A stretch of DNA of 64,000 bases, from positions 64,792,001-64,856,000 of the forward strand of contig CM052817.1 of the NCBI GenBank assembly GCA_028534125.1. The letters are read 5' to 3'. A program made the position numbers and the translations under genes. Origin of the DNA: Lama glama (taxonomy: Eukaryota). Shown here piece after piece: positions 1 through 27,375 of the stretch. The notes under the pieces are model-generated. The model was not told the origin of the DNA. It saw only the letters and a program-made list of their open reading frames with translations, and searched no databases. Position 1 is the first letter of the stretch. Each line of letters opens with the position of its first letter.

Positions 1-59
1 CATTCTTATTCCGTCAAAGAGTTGAACGATTATTTACTTAATTTTTCTTCTGTAAACAA

Positions 60-500
60 GGTTGTAGTAAATAACCTTGTCTTTACATCCTCACAGCCAG
101 ATACTTTTATTTCTAGGAGCGGATTCCCAAGTGTAGTTCTCTTGGGGGAAATGAGAGGTATGCCTTTAAATGTTAGTAAGTGTTGCCATTGCTTTTCAGA
201 AACCTATAACAATTCACATTTTTATCAGTAGTGTAAGCTAGCAGATAAATGGTGATATCTCTTTTTGTTTTATTGTGTGTTTTGCTGACCACTATCAAGG
301 TTCAGCTCCATTTCATATGCTTGTTGCCCATTTGTATTTCCTCTGTTATGAATTTCCATTATTGCCCATTTTCCTAGAGCTATTTGTCCTTTTTTTTAAA
401 ATAAAAATGCACTTGGATAGTAGAGATATACTTTGTCGACCATATGTGTGCAAATATTTTCCCTTGTACATTATTTTCTTTTAGACTGTCTTTATACCAA
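60..500 (-). mobile_element. Old L1 (L1M-type) 3' fragment
   Basis: Degenerate similarity to the antisense L1 ORF2 3' end; boundaries approximate. Confidence 0.5.
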
Positions 501-951
501 AATTTAAAAATGTCCCCCCATACTCAGAATTTGATTTTAAATACTTCCATGAAATTATTAAAGTCAATCTTCTACTTCACCTGAATCTCATGGGAAGACA
601 GAGTCAAAGCAATATATTCTCACATACCATGTACATTTTTCCCTCTATCCTCTTTGCCCCATGCTTCTATTACTCATATAATCCTGTTTTCAACATTCAG
701 AACTTGTATCTACGTCTGCTCCCTTTCTGTGGCAATACATGATTATAGACCTAGCCAATAACTAACTTCTGTGCTGGAATACAGAGTCACTTGTATTATT
801 TAATCAATATGCCTCCTAGTAAAAGCTGATTTAGCCAATATTCTGAAAGTCTTGAAGAGGGGGATGGCAATTGAATTTCTGTCAATCATATGCTTGAATC
901 ATTTATAAGAACTTGATATTGAGGATGTCTAGTTCTTAATCCTATTATCTT

Positions 952-1497
952 GTTGTGGTAGATAGAATTTTGAGATGAGTCCCACGAATACTGTCCCCTG
1001 GTGGACACACTTAGTATGATCCTTTACAGGAAAGTGTGGATGGAAACTGACTGTGATGGGCTAGTCACTTCCTTAGTTAGGGCACATATCTGGCAAATGG
1101 TGATGGGATAGTCACTTCCATGATTATGTTACATTATATAAGACCACAGGGGGATTGGATGTCAGGAGATTGGCAGCATGACAGGGCATATGGAAGGAGC
1201 TATGCTGAGACTGCTCCCAGCCTGCAGCCAGCAAGAGGAACGGAAGCCTTAGTCCTCCAACCATGAGGAACTAAATTTGGCCAACAACCCCGTGAACTTA
1301 GAAGAGGACCCCAACCTCCAGAAAGGAACATAGCTCGGCTGACACCTTGATTTCAACTTTGAGAGATCCTGAGCAGAGAAAACAATTTAGCCGTGCCTAA
1401 ACTTTGACTTAAAGAAACTGTGAGATGATAAATGCATGTGCTTTCAAGTTGCTAATTTTGTGGTAATTTGTTACACAGCAATAGAAAACTAATACAC
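952..1497 (+). mobile_element. MaLR LTR (MLT1-type)
   Basis: Ends with the typical 'gtggtaatttgttacacagcaatagaaaactaataca'; contains 'gacaccttgatttca'. Confidence 0.8.
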
Positions 1498-4059
1498 ATA
1501 TGAAGAAATGTTTCATGTAATTCTGAATCACCTACAACTGTATTTATTTTTTCAAGTATGTTTTCACACATTTAGGGTAAACGTTTCTGTGCAATTACAA
1601 GATATATTTAGAAAGGGATCACATTCAGTTAATAAGGACAGGCTCAGGGAGGAGAGGGGTTTGGGGAATTTTTTGAATTTTGAATAATGTGAGTGATGAA
1701 GGAGACAGGTGAGTCGAGATAGGAAAGTCACTTGGGGTATCATTTTGACTTGCAGGAAGACATAGAAGAAACTGAGAATAGAATATTACTTGCTAAATAT
1801 TTTTTAATGGAAAATTTAGTTAAAAATGGAAAAGATTATGATACAAGAATAGAAACAAGGTCTAACATAATTTAGAAAGTCCTATATGCTGACTAAATGT
1901 TAACATTATTTATTTCTACTTCTGATATTTACATAAAGGAGTTTTCAGTAGACTATTTAACCAATAATTTTTATAGTTTTGAAAGTAAAATATAGAGACC
2001 CTAAGGACTCCATTAGCAATTGGGGCAGAGGTCCTTTCTAAAGGTTACTAATGGATGCCCCTACAATAATGAGTCCCCCCACTCCTCCAGTATATCTGGA
2101 AGACGGGGCAGGGGAAAGGGGGCTTGTCAGAGTCATGACTTTTTGTCCCAGTGGGGAGCATTGTAACTCTTCCTTCTCCACTTTCTTTCTTCTCCTGTGG
2201 GGGAAGCTGCAAGACACCTGCTCTCCCAGAGAGTCACAGAGGTTTCTCCTTCTGTACACCGTGTACATGACATATTCACAACAGCTGGGTCCCAAGGTGT
2301 TATAAATCCTCAAAATTTGGAATGGAAGTCTGTTATATAAATTTCCCCCTCCCCAAATGCAGGTAAATAACTGAATATATTAGGTGACTTCTTTCAGACT
2401 CTCAATGATTTACTTCTCATTTGATGTTTAATTTTGGCACTGGCTAGAACACACTCTGTTTCCGGAATCATTTACTTGTTCCTGTTCCCTAATTTCCCAA
2501 TTGTCCAGTTGGTGGACTAGGTCATGCCAAAAAATAAAATCACTTTCAAAGTTACCATTCCTTCTTTAATTGTAATGCTGATTTTCCACATATGATCTTT
2601 ATTAGACTTCACTTTTTCTTCACTTACCAAACTAGAAATAACTGTAGTTCCTTTTGGGAACTGTTTTAAGGAAATAAAATTTTCTAGTTATTTCACAAGA
2701 ATTATTGTGTCTTTAATGATGTGTGGAGAGCCGCAGAACTGAATGGAAATGTAGACACCTCCCCGCCACCCCGCCCCAGGCAGGCAGCAAGGCCTCATTC
2801 ATGGGCTTATACATCTTCCTCAGTGTAATGGACATGATGAAATCTGACAACTCCACACTAACATGATTTATTGCTGATTGTAGATGTCTAAACTGGCAAA
2901 ATATTTAGTTGCAAATCAACATTGACTGCTTCCCGACTAAGTGTTTTTTTGCAGTATGTTAGGTACTGGGGTAATTCAGTATACAGAAGATGAGGTCTTG
3001 GCATTGTAAGACAGAACTGTTGAAAATTTATTTTTGTGATGAGATTTAACTAAAAGATTTAATTAAATCTAATATTAAACATAATAAACGTTGTATAAAG
3101 GTTAACATAACCTTTAAGTTAAACAATGTTAAAGGTGATATGTAAGGCAACACGTGAATATTTGACAAACAAGCTGTAGAACTATCTGTTTAGGAGTCAG
3201 AGGAGGAGAAATCTCCCGGTGCCATGTCTTGTGATGTCCATGTTCTCATTGTTGGGCAGCCGTTGTCACAATAAAGGAGCTTTGGGGTCTCCTAGAGAAG
3301 TATTTTAGTAGCTCATTTGTTTTTTCATGTTTGTGTTTCTCTCATCAAAGATCATTGACAGAAATAATAGCAGCAATTATTTATCAGTAGTTTACTACGA
3401 ACAGTCAGTGAGCGATGGCAGTGAGTATTCAATGGCGTTTTAGGTTTGGCAGGTTTACACGAGGGAAGAGGAGTAGGCTAGGTAGTGGGGCTCCAGTTCA
3501 AACTTTAGTGTGGGGACTAGGAAGTCTAGAGTAACCCTAAGAAGTGTGTTAGTTAGAAATGGATTCAAGGGTAAAAACTGAAAACCTGACTCAGAGTGAA
3601 CTAAACACTGAAATCACTCAAGCTGGTTTACACAGAAGGGATTTCTTGAGGGCGATATGGAGCTCACAGAATCAGTGTGCAAAAAGATGCTAGGCTGAGC
3701 TTCCAAAAATAATGTCAGGACCTGGCCCGCTAAGGAAGCTATTCCCTTGTATGGATCTGGGAGCTACCAGGACAGCTCTTGACTCCAACTCCAGAATGTT
3801 TCTGCCCTCGCTATGATCCACACCAACAGAATAGATGCTCCATATCCTGCCTATTTTGATAAAATGCAGTTCTGAAGCATGTTCTGTCGTAAGTGCATTT
3901 GATTGGCAAAACTTAAATCACACTTCTGCATCTTGTAATTTTGGGGGGGAGGAGGCTATGGGAGAATTTAATGCTAGGAAGGTTGAACTCATACTATAGG
4001 AAATAATTGAAATGAGAATCAACTCCAAATCTATAGCTCAGAACTTAATTCTTATTTTT

Positions 4060-4133
4060 AAGAAAAATGTTTATTGCAGTATAGTTGATTTACAATGTTA
4101 TATTAGTTCAGGTGTATAGCAAAGTTATTCAGT

Positions 4134-4172
<39 letters not shown>

Positions 4173-7100
4173 TATATATATATTATTACAAGAAATTGAA
4201 TATAGTTCCCTGTGCTATTCAGTAGGTCCTTGTTGTTTATGTTTGGTAGCCGTATGTTTGTTTTCTATGTCTGTGAGTCTATTTCTGTTTGGTAAATAAG
4301 TTCATTTGTGTCTTTTTTTTTTTAGATTCCACATATAAATGATATCATATTATATTTGTATTTTTCTATCTGACTTAGTTTACTTAGTATGACAATCTCC
4401 AGGTCTATCCATGTTGCTGCAAATGACATTATTCCATTCTTTTTAATGCCTGAGTAATATTCCATCATGTATATATACCATATCTTCTTTATCCATTCAT
4501 TGGACAATGGACCCTTAGGTTCTTTCCATGCCTTGGCTGTTGTAAAGAGTGCTGTGATGAACATCGGGGTGCATGTATATTTTTGAATTAGTGTTCATCT
4601 TTTATAGCTATATGCCAAAGATTGGGATTGCTGGATCATGTGGTAACTCTATTTTTAGATTTTTTTTAAGGAACCTCCATACTGTTCTCCATAGAGGCTG
4701 CACCAGTTTACATTTCTACCAACAGTAGGAGGATTCTGTTTTCTCCATAACCTCTCCAGCATTTATTATTTGTAGACATTTGATGATGATCATTCTGACT
4801 GGTGTGAGGTGATACCTCAGTAGGTTTAATCTGCATTTCTGAAATAATTAGTGATGCTGAGCATCTTTTTATGTGCTTATTGGCCATCTGTGTGTCTTCT
4901 TTGGAGAAATGTCTATTTAGGTCTTCCGCACATGTTTTGACTGGGATGTTTGTTCTTTGGATATTGAGCTGTATGAGCTTTTTGTATATTTTAGAATTAA
5001 TCCCTTGTCGGGTGCATTGTTTGCAAATATTTTCTCTTATTCCGTAGGTTGTCTTTCCATTTTGTTTATGGTTTTGTTTGCTCTGCAAAAGCTTTTCAGT
5101 TTAATTAAGTCTCACTTGTTTATTTTTGCTTTTGTTTCCATTACTGTAGGAACCAGATGCAAAAAAAAAAAAATTACTGTGATTTATGTCAAAGAGTGTT
5201 CTGCCTATGTTTTCCTCTAGTAGTTTTATATTATCCTGTCTTACATTTAGGTCTTCAATCCATTTTGAGTTTATTTTTGTATGTGGTGTTAGAGAATATT
5301 CTAATTTCATTCTTTTACATGTAGCTGTGCAGTTTTTCCAGCACCAATTATTGAAGGACTGATTTCTCTCCCTTGTATATTCTTGCCTCCTTTGTTGTAG
5401 GTTAACTGACCATAAGTGGTTTATTTCTGGGCTTTCTATCCTATTTCTATTCCACTGATCTTTGTTGAATAAAAGTGGTGAGAGTGGGCATCCTTGTCTT
5501 ATTCCTGATCTTAGAGGAAATGCTTTTAGTTCTTCACTGTTGAGTATGATGTTAGCTGTGGGTTTGTCATAGATAGCTTTTATTATGTTTAGGTATGTTC
5601 CCTCTATGCCCACTTTCTGAGGAGTTTTCATCATAAATCAATGTTGAATTTTATCAAAAGCTTTATCTGCATCTATTGAGATGATCATATGGTTTTATCA
5701 AAAGCTTTATCTGCATCTATTGAGATGATCATATTCTTCAATTTGCTAATGTGGGATATCACCCTGATCAATTTGCAGATATTGAAAAATCCTTGCATCC
5801 CTGGGATAAATCCCACTTGATCATGGTGTATGATCCATTTAATATATTGTTTGATTTGTTAGTGTTTTGTCAAGGACTTTTGCATGTATGTTCATCAGTG
5901 ATATTGGCCTGTAATTTTCTTTTTTGTGTATGATATTTTTGTTTGGTTTTTTTATCAGGGTATATAGTGGCCTCATAGAATGTGTTTGGAAGTGTTCCTT
6001 TCTCTGCAATTTTTTGGAACAGTTTCAGAAGTATAGGTGTGAACTTTTTTCTAAATGTTTGGTATATAGAATTTACCTGTGAAGCCATCTAGTCTTGGAG
6101 TTCTTAACCTTTATTTTTGTTTGTTTTGGGAGTTTTAAAATTACTGATCCAATTTCCTTACTAGTAATTGATCTGTTCATATTTTCTGTTTCTTTCTGGT
6201 TCAATCTTGGGAGATTGTGCCTTTCTAAGAATTTGTCAATTTCTTCTGGGTTGTCCATTTTATTTGCAGATAGTTGCTCATAGTAGCCTCAGAGTATCCT
6301 TTGTATTTCTGTGGTATTGGCTGTAACTTCTTTTTCATTTCTGCTTTTATTATTTATTTTAATTTTAATATTCTCTATTTATATTTAATTTTTGTAATTT
6401 TGATTACAGTGTGTCTTTGTGTGTTCCTCTTTGGGTTAATCCTGTATGTGACTCTCTGCTTCCTAGACTTGGGTGACTTTCCTTTCCCAGCTTAGGGAAG
6501 TTTTCAGCAATTATCTCTTCAAATATTTTCTTGGGCTTTTACTCTCTCCCTTCTCCTTCTGAGACCTCAGTAATGCAAATATCAGTATGCTTGATGTTGT
6601 CTCAGAGGTCTCTTAGACTGTCCTTGTTTTTTTTTTTTTCCTGTTTCATTGCAGTACTTTCCACTTCTCTGCCTTCCAGCTCACTGATCCATTCTTCTGC
6701 ATCATGTAGTCTACTATTGATTCCTTCTAGTGTGTGTTTTATTTCAGTTATTGTATTCTTCAACTCTGGTTGTTATTTATATATTTGTAATTCTTTGTTA
6801 AAACCTTGTAAGTTCTCACTCTGTGCACCCATTCTTCTCCTGAGTTTTTTGATCATCTTTATGATCATTACTCTGAACTCTTTCTCAGGTAGATTGCCTA
6901 TCTTCACATGGCTTAGTTCTTCTTCTGGGGTTTTATCTTGTTTGTTCATGTAGAACATACTTCTCTGCTGCCTCATTTTGTCTAAATTGCTATTTCTATT
7001 TTTATGTATGTGGTAGGTTATTTACATTTCTCGACCTTGGAGAAGTGGCCCTCTGTAGAAGACATCCTGTGCATCCCAGCATTGCACTTCCCTCTTGTGA

Positions 7101-7438
7101 CCCAAGGGCCAGGGGCCAGCTGTTGTCAGGGTAGTGCCTGGCCTTGTTTGCAGACTTGTTCCATAGACTGTGGGATCATAGTTTTCTTGCTTATGGTGTC
7201 TTACCCTTGGTGGGTGAGGCTGTTCTAGGGGCTTGTGCAGGCTTCCTTGCAGGAGAGGTTAGTGCCTGCCCACTGGTGGGTGGAGCTGGGTCTTGGCTCT
7301 CTGGTGGGCAGAGTCCTGTCTAAGGTTGTGTCTAGAGGTGGTTGTGGGCTCAGGAGGTCTTTGAGGAGCCTAAAGACTGATAGGTGGGGCTATGTCCCTG
7401 TGCAGTTAATTGTTTGGTTTGAGACATTCCAGCACTGT
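4060..7438 (-). mobile_element. L1 LINE with internal deletions (5'UTR, part of ORF1, RT part and 3' end of ORF2, 3'UTR)
   Basis: Minus-strand ORF fragments [45 protein letters not shown]-rich tail near 4060. Confidence 0.92.
4136..4168. repeat. (AC)n microsatellite in L1 3'UTR
   Basis: Direct reading. Confidence 0.95.
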
Positions 7439-9200
7439 AACATTACCCGTATACCAAAACCAGACAAGGATACCACAGAAAAAGACAATTACAGACCAAT
7501 ATCCATGCTAAAAATAAATTCAAAAATCCTCAACGAAATATTAGTAAACTGAATTCAACAATACGTAAAAAGGATCATATACCACAATCAAGTGGAATTT
7601 ATTTCAAGGATGCAAGGATGGTTCAACATTCACAAATCAATAAGTGAGATACACCACGTTAACAAAATGAAAGATGAAAACCATATAATCATCTCCACAG
7701 ATGCAGAAAAAGCATTTGACAGAATTCAACATCTATTTATGATAAAAACTCTCTCAACATATTGGGTAGAGAGGGAAAATACCTCAATAAAGCCCACATA
7801 TATAACAAGCCCACAAGTGACATCATACTTAACAGTGAAAAATCTGAAAGCATTTCCTCTAAGATCAGAAACAAGACAAGGATGCCCACTTTCACCACTT
7901 CTATTCAACACAGTATTGGCAAGTCTAGGCAGAGCAAATATGCAAGAAAGAGAAATGAAAGTCATCAAGATTATAAATGAAGAAGTAAAATTGTCACTGT
8001 TTGCATGTGTCTGATAGTATATAGAGAAAACCCTAAAGGCTCTGCCAAAATACCTGTCAGAACTAGTAAATCCAGTAAAGTTCTAGGATATGAGATCAAT
8101 ATACAGAAATGTGTTGAATTTCTACACACTAGTACTGAACTACCAGAAAGGGAAAGAAAACCATCCCATTTACCTGAAACCATAAATCTCCTAGAAGAAG
8201 ACATAGGTAGTAAACTCCTTGACTTTGAACTCTGTGATGATTTTTTGCATTTGACACCAAATGCAAAAGCAACAAAAGCAAAAACAAGTGGGACTACATC
8301 AAACTGAAAAGCTCTGCACAGCAAAGAGAATATCAATAAAATGAAAACGCAACCTACTAAATGGGAGAAAGATTTGCAAATCATCTATCTGATAAGATGT
8401 TAATATCCAAAAAAAATAAAGAAATCATACAACTCAAAAGCAGAAAAACCAAACAATTGGATTAAAAATGAGCAGAGGACCGGAACAGACATTTTTCCAA
8501 AGAAGACATCCAAATGCCCAACAGACACATGAAAAGATGCCCAACATCGTTAGTCATCAGGGAAACACAAATCAAAAGCACAATTAGATATCACCTCACA
8601 CTTGTCAAAATCGCTATTATCAGAAAGATAGGAAACAACAAGTGTTGGTCAGGATATGGGAAAAAGGGAATAATAGCACAATGTTTGTGGGAATATAGAA
8701 ATTGATGGAGCCACTATGGAAAACAGAATGGAAGCTCCTCAAAACTAAAACTAAAAATAGAACTACCATATGAGCCAGCAATTTTGCTTCTAAGTATTTA
8801 CCTGAAGAAAACAAAAACACTAACTGGAAAAGACACATCCACCCCTATGTTTATTGCAGCGTTCTTTATAATAGCCAAGGTATGTAAACAACTGAAGTGT
8901 CCAGATGAATGGATAAAGAAGAAGTGATATTTTATTCAGCCATGTAAAAGAGTGACTACATGCCACTTGTAACAACTTTGATGGATCTTGAAGGCATTAT
9001 GCAAACTGAAATAAGTTGGACAGAGAAAGACCAGTATCGTATGATCTCGTTTATATGTGGAGTCTAAAAGATAAATAAGTAAATAAAAAACCAAGCACAT
9101 AGATATACAGAACAGAATGTTTGCCAGAGGCAGATGTGAGGGGTGAGTGAAGTAAGTGAAGCGGGTCAAAAGGTACAAAGTTTAAGGTATTTAAAAAAAA
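7439..9200 (+). mobile_element. 5'-truncated L1 (ORF2 RT to 3' end) with internal deletion
   Basis: [44 protein letters not shown]; many stops. Confidence 0.92.
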
Positions 9201-12200
9201 ATTCTGTCTCACACTCACCTACTTTGAAGCATGGCATTATGTAAGAGATACTTATTCTTTAAATTTAGAATGAGTTAAAATTCTTTTCACTCCAAAGCTG
9301 CCTTTAAGGAATTAGACCTCCCCTAAACACTGTGAATTATTTGGTTATGGGTGAATAGTAGTCTTTAAACATCAGTTTTAGGTAAGAATTGTCCAGCAAT
9401 TTCTGACTTGCTTTCAGTCACAGTAAGTCATCTGAGTTGTTTCTTGACGTGGCAAATAACTCAACGAGCAAGACTGGACAAGGAAATCAGGTGCTTTACC
9501 CTCTCTAGTTGTCTTTGCTCATGAGGTAGCTTTGTGAGTTCTGAAGCAACCTCTGGGTTCTTTTGATGACTGTGATAGGGCTGCACAGATGATCTTTTGG
9601 ACCCCGGATCCCAAGTGAATGAAATGAGCAAACCAAGCACATATATGACCAGTAAGTTCAACAGAATGGTGCTTGGCCTTGGGTGTAAGGCCCCCTTCTA
9701 GCTTTATTCTTGCCACACTGGGTTTGGTTTCTCTTCTTATGCAATGACCCATTTCCTGAATATTGCTGGTTATTTGACAGATAAATATAAGCTTATAGAC
9801 TTCAATAAACTTATTTCTTTGACATTTTTGGAGAATACTTAATAGAGGTTATTTGTGCAATAATCATTTGCTAATAGAGGTAAGTAGTCAGGTGACTAAG
9901 AATGTAATTATTAAATAAGACTTGCTCTCACTCTTCTTCAACTTCCAAGTAATTTTCGAATGATTCTGTCAAAATGACTTTCTAATCCTAGAGTAGCTTG
10001 TGTAATTTGTATAGTAGCAAAGTGTTAATTCAGAGTTCAATGATATTACTCCTTTTTGTTGATTTACTATTTCTGGAGGAGCAAAGTCACTGTATCAGAG
10101 CTATTAGCTAAACCATCAACACGAAATTCTCTTCAAACTGAAAATTTTCCTCATTCTGACTAGGCCTTTTTTTCAGCTGGCTAAAATGAGTATAAGCTAT
10201 GTCCATTCACAGTTAAGATTCTTTTTAAGGAGAGCAGCAAATCTGGAAATTCTTGTTTCTAGAGTCAGAATTATTGCTGGAGGTCAGCGGGACACAATGA
10301 CCATATATGTACCATTCCAGGCCTATCAGGATGCCAGCCCCTCTGTAGTTCCATTTTTATACTTTGATTTCAACCTGCCTCTTTCCCCACCAGTATCAAT
10401 ATAAATAGAGAGGCAGTACTGGGTGCAGAAAGAACCCCCCTTCCCCCCCCATGGAGCCCTGTGCCCCTCTGTGAGAACACTGACATGCACGCCTACATCC
10501 CCTCTCCACCTGCTCACACAACCTGGGAGGAAGGAGGGTTGGGGCCGGATGCAGGCCTCTGGGCAACCAGTAGGATTTTATACCCACTATTGTGACATGG
10601 GCATTTAGAACCATCTCTTTTTTAAAATTTTGTTTTATTAATGATATTTACTTTTATTTTGTACTACATTTTCAGTGAAGAGATTTGTCATTCTTTAATA
10701 TAAATGCACTTTTCATAAGTGATCTTTACATCGTCCCAAGTGCTGCTATTTTGTTTTCTCTTTTAATCAGTATGTTACAAATCGTATAAGTGATGACTTT
10801 GATAATAACACACATACTGAGATTTGCAACTTTGCAAACTCCCAAAGCTCTAGCAGTGCACTTTTCCTATTAACATCTCAAACCTGACACAACCCTTACA
10901 TAAAAATGACTTAATTTGCAAATAAAGATAAAAATTATAGGCAACACTGGCTGCTGTCTCTTCAGAAGATTATACATATGTATCTCAATACATAGTTTGC
11001 ATAATTCCACAAGATTTGGAATGAAATACAATGGGATATTCAGATATCATTCTGACTAAAATATTGTACAGTGAGTATAATGTCTTTAATGACTTTTGAA
11101 AGCGTTTTTACACTTTGTAAAAATGTGATTTTAAAATATTTAGTATTTATGAAGTATTTTTAATAAACATACATTTTAATTTCAAAAGTTTTAGGTTTAT
11201 GGAAAAATTATGAAGATAGTGCAGAAAGTTCCTATTTACCTCCCTCCACAAACACACACACAGTTTCCCCTATTATTAACATATTAGTTTGTTGTATTTG
11301 TTATAATTAATGAATCAATATTGGCATATTAGAATTAACTGAAAGCAGAACCAATTCTTTATTCTCTGGATCTTACATTATCACACCAACTGGAGCACCC
11401 AGCAGCATGGGAACATAGTATTCCATGATGCTAGGACATTCTGAAAACTTAGGGATATTCTGGAAGCTCCCCTAACCCTAATTATCTCTGTCAGCATCTT
11501 TGACAAAACAATGAAACCATTCCCTACATTTTCATGGCACAACACAGACAAAGCCTTTTCATTACATCATTCCATGTAATCTTCATGAAGCTGTAATGGA
11601 TTGGTAGAATAATTTTTTTTAAAAGAAAGGATGAAATGGGCTTAGAGAGGTTGAGTAACTTACAAGTAAGTGGTAGATCACTGGCTCTGAGTCTAGAGTC
11701 CTTTCCACAATATCGAATAAATTGTAGATGTGGAACTAAATCACTTTCAAAGATAGTTAAAACTCCTTAAAGGAATAAGCTTTTCATTGCACACTGACAG
11801 ATGAAGCTCAAAATGCAAATCATCCCCTGAGAAAGCACTGAGAAATGGGTACCATAGGCTTTCACGTATTGGAAACATCAAACTAATTCCAGGCTTCTAG
11901 ACTTAAGACCTGATAGCTAATAGAAAAATTCAAGATTGAAAATAATTTTGCAAATGTATACACCTGCGTATGTATCGATATCTACTCAGAAAATCTATTG
12001 CTTTGGATGTTTGTGTCATTTCTGAGCTACTCATTTGACACGCTTTGTCCACAGCTGCTTCCTTCTCATCCCTAGACTTCAAGCCACCATATTACTTTTT
12101 AATTGCCCTATGATTCATTTTCAGTTAATCGTAATAATTAACTAAGATCATTTAACTAGTAAAGTACTTTCTTGAGTAAAAATTATAGACTTTTGGAATA

Positions 12201-12796
12201 TGGTTCCAATAATAGTTCAGTTTTTAGATTTAATATTCAGGCCTCACATTTAACACATGTAGCGTGAAGCTGCTTTTATTTTTACTGCAAACAGTATAAA
12301 AGCACTAAAACCGCTTTCTTTACCTTCAAAATATGTGACATTTCCCTAAGAAATGTCCTATATTTAGATGTTCTGGACCTTCTTCACTTATAAATCTGAG
12401 TATATCCTTTTGCAGACTGCAGTTTTTACTGTATAGTTTTGCTCCATTTCATGAAAAGGAAAATACAGACAGTGGAAATACAGGTGGAAGACTTTTAGCA
12501 CAACAGCCCATGATTTGTATGTTGGGGGACAAGCATAATGAAGACCTTCTCAGTGACTAAGGCTTCAATGACTAAGGGTGGTAAAGATACCAAAAGGACA
12601 AGAAATCAAAAGAAATAGCTTTCCTCAGTGGGAAAGATGACATGATTCAGCATGAGTAGAATGATTAAGAAGGAATGTTTGTTGGACTCAGTTACCCAAA
12701 TGATAGTTCATCTAGCTCTCCCTTGAATTTTAAACATTTGTTTGAAAGATAATTTTACATCAATTTTGATTTCTTTTGGAAGGCTCCCATATGTAA

Positions 12797-12802
12797 TTTA
12801 TT
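12797..12802 (-). terminator. Candidate ADH1 polyadenylation signal AATAAA
   Basis: tttatt on the + strand ~100 nt after the stop codon. Another candidate lies at 12275-12280. Usage cannot be determined from sequence. Confidence 0.45.
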
Positions 12803-12903
12803 AGTAGCATCTCTGAGGAATAGAATTATTGACGATGTTTGGCTGATGTTTCTGATGATGGAGGAGCCAGAAGACTGCTACAAGTGAAGTCACCTGTACG
12901 GTC

Positions 12904-26525
<13,622 letters not shown>

Positions 26526-26599
26526 GTTTCTGTTTTCTCTGCAGGCCAGGAGATGTGAATTCTTGCTTCTTGCAGACTGTTCTCTGCTTAAGTACGTAC

Positions 26600-26810
26600 A
26601 GCAGATACAGTGCACAGCTATTTGTTTTCTTGAGCAATGCCCAATTCTACACATGTGATCTGGGATCTTTAAGCCATGCCCATCAGCTTATTCTTAGGCT
26701 AAGCCAAATCAGGAAGAAAAGGGCAGTGAGCCAGCACTCAGATGTTAACTTTGTTTGCAATAGGTCAACTTCAGGTAACAACTTGATTTCATTAGGTTAA
26801 ATATTTCTCT
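26600..26810 (-). promoter_or_regulatory. ADH1 proximal promoter
   Basis: Upstream of the ATG on the minus strand: AT-rich CAAATA (26619-26624), C/EBP-like TTGCTCAA, E-box CACATGTG (26650-26657), GGGCATGGC (G3T/Sp1-like), FOXA-like TGTTTGC (~26752) and HNF1-like GGTTAAATATTT (~26795). The order matches my recollection of mammalian class I ADH promoters. Confidence 0.65.
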
Positions 26811-27149
26811 CTCTGTGTATCTTTAATTTGGGGTTTCATATTTCTCCTCTCTCAGTTCCACACAGAGTGTTCAGCTAAGCTCCAACTTCTAATCCATACG
26901 ATGCAGTTAGAAAGGAGAAGGAAGAAAGCCGCACAAAGACATAGGACAGAGATAGCTACCAGCCCGAGGAATGTGTCTGTTGCAGCACTGTCCCCCTCTT
27001 CACAGCAGAGAAGTCAGGCACCAATCAGTTGCATTTCTGTGCCACTCAATACCAATCAGCACTGACTGAGAACTTCCCTGTTTCAGACCCTTAGGTGAGT
27101 ACAGTGGGGTGATAGTGATGGATAAGATATGGCCTCTACCCATGCCAAG

Positions 27150-27375
27150 AGGCAGTATGGGACAGTGGGAATTCCATGGCCCTGGGTTCAGCCAGTCCCT
27201 ATTCTCACTAGGTGTATGAACTTCAACTCATTATCTGATGTTTCCTTATCAGTAAAATGTAGATGAATAGTAGTACCATCTGAAGGGGTTGTTTGATGAA
27301 CAAACAAGATAATCCTTTTCAAGCACTTATCAGGGAGCCTGACAAATAGGACAACCTTTAATAAATATTAGCTAC
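27150..27375 (+). mobile_element. MIR SINE
   Basis: 'tttccttatcagtaaaatg', 'aagcacttatcag', 'aataaatattagcta' core features. Other MIR-like fragments near 11560, 24740, 28150, 30180 and 39480. Confidence 0.65.

Noticed and set aside
4322..8838. Reverse-transcriptase-like ORFs as a novel retron/RT system
   Set aside because: They are fragmented, stop-riddled L1 ORF1/ORF2 remnants typical of mammalian genomes.
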